From Myxococcota bacterium (GTDB taxonomy: Bacteria; Myxococcota_A; UBA796; CAJQPC01), in NCBI GenBank assembly GCA_036229005.1, contig JAZAMN010000024.1:258364-322363 (forward strand): a stretch of 64,000 bases of DNA. The letters are read 5' to 3'. The notes under the pieces were generated by a model. It was not told the origin of the DNA and ran no database searches. It saw only the letters and a list, made by a program, of their open reading frames with translations. Shown here in pieces: positions 56,733 to 64,000 of this stretch; position 1 is the first letter of the stretch; every line of letters starts with the position of its first letter. Made by a program: the position numbers and the translations under genes.

Positions 56733-57543
56733 TGTGCTCGGCCTTCCAGCCGCTGTAGGCCCAGACGCCCAGCGCGATGGCGCCCCCACCGGTGGCTGCG
56801 GCCCCGACCACGCTCCCGCGGTTGACCCGGTACCAGGTGGTCATCGGCGTCTGCTCGCTGGCCTGATCGAACCTCTGTCCGGCCATCGCGGCGCTCCCGA
56901 CCAGCAGACCGCTGGCCAGCGCGGCGCCTCCAGCGGTCACGGCCCGGCGGCGCCAGGTGCTCACGGGCGCGGCGGGCGGAGGGCCCCAGGCGGGCATCTG
57001 CTGACCAGGGGGGATGTAGCGGGTCTCGACCCAACTCCCGTCGGCCTCGTAGACCTGGACGATGGTGGGGCGGGCGATCTTGCGCTGCCCGTCCCGCACG
57101 CCGGCGACCACGACCCAGCCACCCTCGGGAGGCACCGGGGTCTCCGCCTCGCCGCCGTCCAGGTTGATGGACTCCGCGTAGGCCGCCTGCAGGGGGTGCC
57201 CGGCGGGGGCCAGGCTCTCGGGCATCGTGTAGCCGGGCTCCGAGACGCGGGCGGCGGAGAACTCGTAGATCACCCGCTCCCGCTCCTGGTTCGCGAACGC
57301 CGACATGCCCATCAGGCGGTGGTACGCGGCGGCCGTCTCCAGGCTCAGGGGATCCTGGACGCAGGGGAGCAGCGCCTCGGCCCGGGTCGCGGCGACGTTG
57401 AGGCCGTCGAGATCCAGGTTGGAGAAGGCCTCTTCGGCCTCGGCTGCGGCGGCATCCAGGTCCGCGGGGGTCGCGGGGGCCGCGCAGTCCTGCGCTGTCG
57501 CAGGTGCAGAGAGCAGGAGCAACAGCAAATTGGGTCCAGTCAT
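56722..57543 (-). CDS. Hypothetical exported/membrane protein (TPR/PEGA-like) upstream of the kinase
   Basis: Signal peptide, helical domain, C-terminal Gly-rich TM helices; overlaps the kinase start. Confidence 0.7.
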   Translation of the reverse strand: MTGPNLLLLLLSAPATAQDCAAPATPADLDAAAAEAEEAFSNLDLDGLNVAATRAEALLPCVQDPLSLETAAAYHRLMGMSAFANQERERVIYEFSAARVSEPGYTMPESLAPAGHPLQAAYAESINLDGGEAETPVPPEGGWVVVAGVRDGQRKIARPTIVQVYEADGSWVETRYIPPGQQMPAWGPPPAAPVSTWRRRAVTAGGAALASGLLVGSAAMAGQRFDQASEQTPMTTWYRVNRGSVVGAAATGGGAIALGVWAYSGWKAEHSDD

Positions 57544-57550
57544 GGCCCCC

Positions 57551-57579
57551 AGAGTACGAAGAGGGGGGTGGCCCGTCAA
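57551..57579 (-). promoter_or_regulatory. Sigma70-type promoter, probably giving a leaderless mRNA
   Basis: TTGACG-N17-TACTCT-N7-ATG. Confidence 0.65.
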
Positions 57580-57602
57580 CGCGTCCGCCAGAGTGAAGAG
57601 GC

Positions 57603-58352
57603 ATGCAGGAACATTGGGAGCACTACCGCTGCAGCTTGAGCGGTCAGCCGGCCACGATTCTGGTCGACCTGAGCGCGATGGATCTCGCGCCCGACCGTCT
57701 ACGTCCACTCCTCGTCACAGTGCGGGTCCGGCTCAAGCGTCCGCAGAAGAATGGCTTGAACTCCCCCTCCGAGAGCGCCGCCTTGCAGCGCCTGGAGGAG
57801 CTGCTTGTGGAGCGCCTGGAGCGGGCTGAAGGACGCATGGTCGGCCGCGTGACCCACGGCCGCGCCCGTGAGTTCAACTTCTACGTCTCCCAGCCCCAGG
57901 GCGTGGCCCGCCTCACCCAGGCCGCCCTGGACGAGGCCGGCTACCGCGGCAGCCTGGTGTCCCGCGAAGACCCGGAGTGGCAGCACTACCGCCGCTTCCT
58001 CTGGCCCGAGCGCGCCGAGATGCAGGCCATCGTGGATCGCCGCATGGTCCAGGCGCTGCGGCGCAAGGGCGATGTGCTCCGCGCCTCCCGCCCCGTCGAA
58101 CACTGGGTCGCCTTCGAGTCCGTCGAGTCCCGGGACGCCATGCTCCTGCTGTTGGACGAGGAGTGGGAAGCTCATGTGCGCACGGGGCTTGAGAAGTCCC
58201 ACCCCGTCGGCCTCTGCCTCACCCGCCATCACCAGGTTGACCTCGACAGCGTACGCGAGGTCACCAGTGAGCTGACCCAACTCAGCGAGGTGTTGGGCGG
58301 TCGCTATGAGGCGTGGCGGACCGCTCTGGTCCGCCAGGCTGTGTACGCCTGA
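57603..58352 (+). CDS. DUF695 plus RraB-like domain protein
   Basis: W..Y...PATILVD, REFNFY, EDPEW.HY, LRRKGD...RPVEHW and GGRYEAW. Confidence 0.8.
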   Translation: MQEHWEHYRCSLSGQPATILVDLSAMDLAPDRLRPLLVTVRVRLKRPQKNGLNSPSESAALQRLEELLVERLERAEGRMVGRVTHGRAREFNFYVSQPQGVARLTQAALDEAGYRGSLVSREDPEWQHYRRFLWPERAEMQAIVDRRMVQALRRKGDVLRASRPVEHWVAFESVESRDAMLLLLDEEWEAHVRTGLEKSHPVGLCLTRHHQVDLDSVREVTSELTQLSEVLGGRYEAWRTALVRQAVYA

Positions 58353-58364
58353 CAGCCTCTTCCT

Positions 58365-59093
58365 CTACCGGGCCTTCTTGGCGGGCTTCCTGGTGCTGGG
58401 CTTCTTGGCGCTGGGCTTCTTGCGCTTGTTGCGGAGCTCCGCGTTGCGCTGGGCCTCCTCCTGCATGCGCTTCTTGGTCGCCGCCCACGAGCAGATCGGG
58501 CAGGTGCTCAGGTCGTGGTGCAGCGCCGGGCAGTAGTCCCGCCCGAACCAGATGATCTGCAGGTGCAGGTCGTTCCAGATCTCCTTGGGGAAGAGCTTCT
58601 TGAGGTCCCGCTCGGTCGTCGCGACGTTCTTTCCGGAGCTCAGCCCCCAGCGGGCGGCCAGCCGGTGAATGTGCGTGTCCACCGGGAATGCGGGGATCCC
58701 AAAGGCCTGGGAGATGACCACCTGCGCCGTCTTGTGGCCCACCCCGGGCAGCGCCTCCAGCTCCTCCAGGGTCTGGGGGACCTCGCCGTCGTGACGCTCC
58801 ATCATCAGACCACCCAGCTTTGCCAGGTTCCTGGCCTTGGTGGGCGCGAGCCCGAGCTGGCGGATCAAGGGGAGGATGCGATCGGGGCCCAGCGCGTGCA
58901 TCTCGGCGGGACCGGGGGCCGCGGCGAACAGGGCGGGAGTGACCTCGTTGACCTTCTTGTCGGTGGTCTGAGCGGACAACAGGACCGCGACAAGGAGCTC
59001 GAATGGGTTGCGGTGATCCAGGGGGACGGGCAACTCAGGATAGAGCTCTTCGAGCATCCCGCTGATCCGGTCGGCTTTCTCTTGTCGTCGCAT
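58365..59093 (-). CDS. nth: Endonuclease III
   Basis: LLSAQTTD, HhH LPGVGHKTA, FPVDTH. Confidence 0.93.
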   Translation of the reverse strand: MRRQEKADRISGMLEELYPELPVPLDHRNPFELLVAVLLSAQTTDKKVNEVTPALFAAAPGPAEMHALGPDRILPLIRQLGLAPTKARNLAKLGGLMMERHDGEVPQTLEELEALPGVGHKTAQVVISQAFGIPAFPVDTHIHRLAARWGLSSGKNVATTERDLKKLFPKEIWNDLHLQIIWFGRDYCPALHHDLSTCPICSWAATKKRMQEEAQRNAELRNKRKKPSAKKPSTRKPAKKAR

Positions 59094-59130
59094 CGGTGGT
59101 TGGCGCCCTCAGTGATGTGAGTAGCTTCCT

Positions 59131-59499
59131 ATGAGCAAGCAACGGACCCGGCACACCTTGAGCCTCACCCCCTTCGCCAGCACCCAGGATCCCCGCGATC
59201 CCTCCCGTCGTGGAGGGACGCAGGTCCTGGAGCGGACCAAGGTCAAGAAGCCCAAGATGTACAAGGTGCTTCTCCACAACGACCACTACACGACGATGGA
59301 GTTCGTCGTGTGGATCCTGGAATCCGTCTTCCGCCGCAACGAGGCGGAGGCCACGGAGATCATGCTCCACATCCACCAGAACGGTGTGGGCGTGGCCGGG
59401 ATCTACAGCAAGGAAGTGGCCGAGACCAAGGCGGAGAAGACCCTCACCCTGGCCCAGAAGAACAACTTCCCGCTCCAGTGCACCTATGAGGAGGCCTGA
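59131..59499 (+). CDS. clpS: Clp protease adaptor ClpS
   Basis: PKMYKVLLHNDHYTTMEFV, IMLHIH, EVAETK and FPLQC. Confidence 0.95.
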   Translation: MSKQRTRHTLSLTPFASTQDPRDPSRRGGTQVLERTKVKKPKMYKVLLHNDHYTTMEFVVWILESVFRRNEAEATEIMLHIHQNGVGVAGIYSKEVAETKAEKTLTLAQKNNFPLQCTYEEA

Positions 59500-61803
59500 G
59501 TGATCTCACGTGAGCTCCAAGTCACGCTGAACCTGGCGGTCAACGAAGCCCGCCGCCGCCGCCACGAGTTCCTCACCCTGGAACACGTGCTCTTCGCCCT
59601 GCTCCACGACAACCGGGGGCGGGAGATCCTCCAGGCCTGCGGGGGCGACCGCAAGCGCATCCTGCGCGGCCTCGAGGAGTACTTCGAGTCCAGCATGGAG
59701 ACCCTCCCCGACGAGGGCGACGACATGCCGGAGCAGACCCTGGCCTTCCAGCGCACCTTCCAGCGGGCCGCCTACCAGGTGCAGTCCAGCGGTCAGAAGG
59801 AGATGGACGCCGGCAACATCCTGGCCTCCATGTTCCGCGAGTCGGACAGCCACGCGGTCTACCTGCTCCAGGAAGAGGGCATCGCCCGCCTGGACATCCT
59901 CAACTACATCTCCCACGGCATCCGCAAGGACGGCCGCACCCCCCTCAAGCGCAAGGCCAGCGCCGGCAGCAGCGGCCAGTCCGCCCCCGAAGAGGAGGGA
60001 CAGGAGACCCCCGAGAACCCGCTGGAGGCCTGGTGCACCGAGCTGGTGGAGGAAGCCCGCGAAGGCCGGCTGGACCCGCTGATCGGCCGCACGAACGAGC
60101 TGGAGCGCACCATCCACATCCTGGCCCGCCGGCGCAAGAACAACCCCCTGTTCATCGGCGAGCCCGGGGTGGGCAAGACCGCGCTGGTCGAAGGCCTCGC
60201 GCAGCGCATCGCGTCCGGGGACGTCCCCCCGCTGCTCAAGGATGCCAAGGTCTACTCCCTGGACATGGGCTCCCTGCTCGCCGGCACCCGCTTCCGCGGT
60301 GACTTCGAGGAGCGCTTCAAGTCCGTGATGAGCGTGCTCGAGCTCGATGAGAAGGCCATCCTCTTCATCGACGAGATCCACACCGTCGTGGGCGCCGGCG
60401 CGACCTCGGGCGGCAACATGGACGCCTCCAACATGCTCAAGCCCGCCCTGGCCAAGGGCAAGCTGCGCTGCATGGGCTCCACCACCTTCAAGGAGTTCCG
60501 CAAGAGCATCGAGAACGACCGGGCCCTGGCTCGGCGCTTCCAGCCTGTGAACATCGACGAGCCCTCGCTGGAGGAGACCGTCGAGATCCTCAAGGGCCTC
60601 AAGCCCGGCTACGAGGAGCACCACGGCGTCACCTACACCGACGACGCCCTCCAGGCCGCCGCCAAGCTCTCCGACAAGCACCTCCGCGACCGCTTCCTGC
60701 CGGACAAGGCCGTGGACGTCATGGACGAGGCCGGCGCCACCATCCAGCTCAAGCCCAACGAGAAGCTGGTCGACGTCGACGTGGTCGAGGCCACGGTCGC
60801 CCGCATGGCCAAGATCCCGGCCAAGTCCGTCTCCATGGACGAGCAGAAGCAGCTCGAGAACCTCGAAGAGCGCCTCAAGGCGGTCATCTACGGCCAGGAC
60901 CTGGCCTGCGAGAAGGTGGCGGCCACGATCCGCCTGAGCCGCGCAGGACTGGGGCACACCGACAAGCCGATCGGCTCCTTCCTCTTCGCTGGCCCCACCG
61001 GCGTCGGGAAGACGGAGCTGGCAAAGCAGCTCGCATTCAACCTGGGCGTGGAGTTCCAGCGCTTCGACATGTCCGAGTACATGGAGTCCCACAGCGTGTC
61101 CCGGCTCCTTGGAGCGCCTCCAGGCTACGTCGGCTACGACGAGGGCGGCCAGCTCACCGACGCCGTCAAGAAGCACCCCCACAGCGTGGTGCTGCTGGAC
61201 GAGATCGAGAAGGCCCACCCGCGCGTCTACAACGTGCTCCTGCAGATCATGGACCACGGCACGCTCACCGACGCCCAGGGCAAGAAGACCGACTTCCGCA
61301 ACGTCATCATCATCATGACGACCAACGCTGGCGCGTCGGAGATGTCCAAGGGTTCGGTCGGCTTCGTCGAGGGCACCGCCCAGAGTCGCGGCGAGTCCGC
61401 GCTCAACCAGGTCTTCACGCCGGAGTTCCGCAACCGCCTGGACGGCGTCGTCTGGTTCGACAAGCTGCCCAAGAAGGCCATCTACCGCGTGGTCGACAAG
61501 TTCATCATCGAGCTGGAGGAGCAGCTCGGCGACCGCGAGGTCAGCTTCCGCCTCTCCCCCGCAGCCCGAGAGTGGCTCGCCGACAAGGGCTACGACCCCG
61601 CGATGGGCGCCCGTCCCATGGCCCGCGTCATCCACAAGCACATCAAGGAGCCGCTCGCCGACGAGATCCTCTTCGGCAAGCTCACCCGCGGCGGCCTGGT
61701 CAAGGTGGACCTCAACGCGGAGAAGGATGGCCTGGCCTTCGAGTTCCCCCCAAAGGAGCTGGAGGGGAAGGAGAGACCGGCGCTGACCGGCCCCACAAGC
61801 TGA
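59500..61803 (+). CDS. clpA: Clp protease ATP-binding subunit ClpA
   Basis: Two AAA+ modules ([16 protein letters not shown]), no ClpB M-domain, VGF loop; follows clpS. Confidence 0.96.
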   Translation: MISRELQVTLNLAVNEARRRRHEFLTLEHVLFALLHDNRGREILQACGGDRKRILRGLEEYFESSMETLPDEGDDMPEQTLAFQRTFQRAAYQVQSSGQKEMDAGNILASMFRESDSHAVYLLQEEGIARLDILNYISHGIRKDGRTPLKRKASAGSSGQSAPEEEGQETPENPLEAWCTELVEEAREGRLDPLIGRTNELERTIHILARRRKNNPLFIGEPGVGKTALVEGLAQRIASGDVPPLLKDAKVYSLDMGSLLAGTRFRGDFEERFKSVMSVLELDEKAILFIDEIHTVVGAGATSGGNMDASNMLKPALAKGKLRCMGSTTFKEFRKSIENDRALARRFQPVNIDEPSLEETVEILKGLKPGYEEHHGVTYTDDALQAAAKLSDKHLRDRFLPDKAVDVMDEAGATIQLKPNEKLVDVDVVEATVARMAKIPAKSVSMDEQKQLENLEERLKAVIYGQDLACEKVAATIRLSRAGLGHTDKPIGSFLFAGPTGVGKTELAKQLAFNLGVEFQRFDMSEYMESHSVSRLLGAPPGYVGYDEGGQLTDAVKKHPHSVVLLDEIEKAHPRVYNVLLQIMDHGTLTDAQGKKTDFRNVIIIMTTNAGASEMSKGSVGFVEGTAQSRGESALNQVFTPEFRNRLDGVVWFDKLPKKAIYRVVDKFIIELEEQLGDREVSFRLSPAAREWLADKGYDPAMGARPMARVIHKHIKEPLADEILFGKLTRGGLVKVDLNAEKDGLAFEFPPKELEGKERPALTGPTS

Positions 61804-61819
61804 GCCCACCGACTCAATC

Positions 61820-61849
61820 AAAAGCCCCTGTCACACGGCAGGGGCTTTT
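61820..61849 (+). terminator. Rho-independent (bidirectional) terminator
   Basis: AAAAGCCCCTG-N8-CAGGGGCTTTT. Confidence 0.88.
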
Positions 61850-61924
61850 GTCGTATCAGCGAGGTGAGGGTGATTGACACCCCCCTGCTGTCGGACCTAC
61901 TCTCTGGTCTCTGAGGAGTACCCA

Positions 61925-62347
61925 ATGATCCTGGCCCTGGCGGCGTTTCTTGCTTGTGAGCCTCAAGGCGGCCCGAGCACCAAAGACACCGAAGACACCG
62001 CCCCCGAGCTCGACGACCTGGATGGCCCCGCCATCTCCCACGAGCAGGTGGAGAGCCCTCAAGCGGTCGGCAGTGACATCACCATCTCGGTCAACATCAC
62101 CGACGACACCCAGGTCCTGGTCGCCTCCCTCAAGTTCCGCAGGCAGACGGCCCCGGAGTGGGAGAACGCCGGGCTGGTGCTCACGGACCCCGAGACCGGC
62201 CTCTACGAGGGCAAGATCTCGGCGGAGGACCTCGGGTCTGGCGGGATGCACTACTACTTCGAGGCTGTAGACACCCTGCAGAACACCTCGGTCTGGCCAG
62301 AAGCGGCCCCCGACGAATACTTCAAGTTCGATCTCTACGAGGAATAG
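61925..62347 (+). CDS. Small Ig-like lipoprotein
   Basis: GAGGAG SD; FLAC lipobox; GPAISH...YYFEAVD. Confidence 0.78.
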   Translation: MILALAAFLACEPQGGPSTKDTEDTAPELDDLDGPAISHEQVESPQAVGSDITISVNITDDTQVLVASLKFRRQTAPEWENAGLVLTDPETGLYEGKISAEDLGSGGMHYYFEAVDTLQNTSVWPEAAPDEYFKFDLYEE

Positions 62348-62350
62348 TCC

Positions 62351-63412
62351 ATGCTCGCACTCGCTCTGAACCTCCTCGGCTGCGCACCTGAGCAGGAGAT
62401 CATCAACCGCAACGATCCCCCCGCTGTGGTCCCGGCCTACGCCGACCTCACGGGCCGCGTCTGCGACCCCACCGGCTACACCTGGCTCGAGGGGGCGCTG
62501 GTCTACGCCAACCTCTTCGAGACCGACGGCACCATCGTCGGGATGGTCCAGACCACCACCGATGCGGATGGCTACTGGACCCTGACGGATGTCCCCGCCC
62601 ACTACACGGTCGATGTCTACGTGCAGAAGGGCGCCACCATCATCGAGCAGCACACGCTCGACCTGGTCGCCGACCGGCTCAACGAGATCGAGCCCCCCGC
62701 GTGCCTGGATCCCAGCACGCTGGACATCGTGGTCGTCAGCGGCAACTACGACGACTTCGACCGCGTCCTCGAGAAGATGAGCATCAGCGACTACGACCTG
62801 ATCAACGGGCGAGACGAGGATGAGCTCCGGGACTTCCTGCTCTCACCGGACGCACTGGCTGAGTACGATCTCATCTTCTTCAACGGTGGCCACATCGAGG
62901 ACGGGATCATCTACGACACCGTCAACCCCGGCAACCCGGACATCGCGGACGTCCACGCCAACCTCAAGGCCTTCGTCGCCGAGGGCGGCAACGTCTATGC
63001 ATCCGACTGGGCCTACGACGTCGTCGCCCAGGTCTGGCCGGGCAAGGTGGATTTCCTCGGCCCTGACGAGACCCCGGATGCTGCCCAGAAGGGCACCTCC
63101 CAGTCTGTGAACGCAGCGGTGAACAACAACTCGCTGCTCAACTTCATGGAGATCGAGGGGTCGTACACCCCCATCGTCTACGACCTGCCCGTCTGGCCTC
63201 CCGTCGTCGCCACCTCTTCGACGGTCTCCCAGCACCTGGTCGCGAACGTCGAGTACCGCGAGGGTGAGCTCATCCAGACGGTGACCAACAGCCCCTTGCT
63301 CATCTCCTTCAACGGGGGCGGCGGCCGTGTGGTCTACAGCTCCTTCCGTCTGGTCAGCAATGACGACGACGAGATGATCAAGGCCATGAAGTACGTCATG
63401 TTCGCCCTCTGA
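62351..63412 (+). CDS. Lipoprotein with carboxypeptidase-regulatory-like domain and GATase-like domain
   Basis: LLGC lipobox; TTTDADGYWTL; YDLIFFN and FVAEGGNVYASDWAY. Confidence 0.75.
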   Translation: MLALALNLLGCAPEQEIINRNDPPAVVPAYADLTGRVCDPTGYTWLEGALVYANLFETDGTIVGMVQTTTDADGYWTLTDVPAHYTVDVYVQKGATIIEQHTLDLVADRLNEIEPPACLDPSTLDIVVVSGNYDDFDRVLEKMSISDYDLINGRDEDELRDFLLSPDALAEYDLIFFNGGHIEDGIIYDTVNPGNPDIADVHANLKAFVAEGGNVYASDWAYDVVAQVWPGKVDFLGPDETPDAAQKGTSQSVNAAVNNNSLLNFMEIEGSYTPIVYDLPVWPPVVATSSTVSQHLVANVEYREGELIQTVTNSPLLISFNGGGGRVVYSSFRLVSNDDDEMIKAMKYVMFAL

Positions 63413-63524
63413 GGCGCCAAGCGGAACAGCGCTCCGTCCTTTGAAAGGGGGCTTTCGAGACGCAAGCCGGGCTGAACTCAGTCTGGAGGCGGATCGGGAG
63501 CCCCTCTTTCTTTGCGCGTCGCGG

Positions 63525-63552
63525 TTGACGCGACCTGTGGTCCCGTTAGAAG
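63525..63552 (+). promoter_or_regulatory. rrn promoter P1 (putative)
   Basis: TTGACG-N16-TAGAAG. Confidence 0.55.
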
Positions 63553-63626
63553 CGCTGGGCTCGATGGGGATGACCCGAACGAGCGCAGCCGCGAGAGCGG
63601 CACTCCTCGAGAGAGGATCACCCGCC

Positions 63627-63655
63627 TTGACGCACTCAACGAGAGTCGATAGAAG
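63627..63655 (+). promoter_or_regulatory. rrn promoter P2 (putative)
   Basis: TTGACG-N17-TAGAAG followed by GC-rich discriminator GCGGGGCGCC. Confidence 0.7.
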
Positions 63656-63720
63656 GCGGGGCGCCAACGAGGCGCTGCTGAAACGCTCTTCGGAGCCGGC
63701 CAGCGAAAACAAAAATCGCC

Positions 63721-63749
63721 TTGACACTCAACGCGAGGGTCGATAACAG
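63721..63749 (+). promoter_or_regulatory. rrn promoter P3 (putative)
   Basis: A-tract UP element, TTGACA-N17-TAACAG, discriminator GCGGGGGCGCC. Confidence 0.7.
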
Positions 63750-63845
63750 GCGGGGGCGCCGAAAACGCGCCGACTCGGAAACGAACTGGAAACAGTCCCG
63801 AGTCACCCTGGCAACCAACTCTCCGGAGTTCGCTGCCAGGAACCA

Positions 63846-63872
63846 ACGGGAACGCCCGTCGGTCTTTGAAAA
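63846..63872 (+). promoter_or_regulatory. rrn antitermination boxB-boxA
   Basis: Hairpin ACGGG-AACG-CCCGT followed by GGTCTTTGAAAA. Confidence 0.75.
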
Positions 63873-63936
63873 ATAGGTAACAGCTCTGTTGATTCTTATA
63901 GAGTAAGTAAGCTGGAATCTAAACCAGCCAGTTTTT

Positions 63937-64000
<64 letters not shown>

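Noticed and set aside
59506..61821. 771-aa minus-strand ORF
   Set aside because: Antisense shadow of clpA

Overview
High-GC bacterial chromosomal segment, Myxococcota-like by inference: Hanks kinases, many acidic Cys-rich lipoproteins, FG-GAP/PKD/vWA surface proteins and a Myxococcus-type SOS box. It is densely coding, with about 58 genes, and ends in the triple promoter, leader and first ~64 nt of a 16S rRNA gene. Housekeeping genes include xth, a type I asparaginase, cyaY, sucA-sucB, nth and clpS-clpA. No transposase, integrase, phage module or CRISPR array was seen. The most interesting signals are: (1) a bacterial Tgs1-like RNA-cap guanine-N2 methyltransferase carrying an RRM-like segment, translationally coupled between two phosphatase genes; (2) a TMTC-like GT-C/TPR glycosyltransferase and further GT-C genes clustered with Ser/Thr-rich PKD-domain lipoproteins, a candidate protein O-glycosylation system; (3) an aminopeptidase resembling eukaryotic NPEPL1 over its whole length; (4) a LexA-like box over the promoter of a small uncharacterised HTH gene; (5) a ~130-nt rod-shaped intergenic hairpin; (6) an orphan PT-barrel-like protein after sucB; (7) a frameshifted gene and several apparently leaderless genes. 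All family assignments come from motif recognition by eye; no searches were run.
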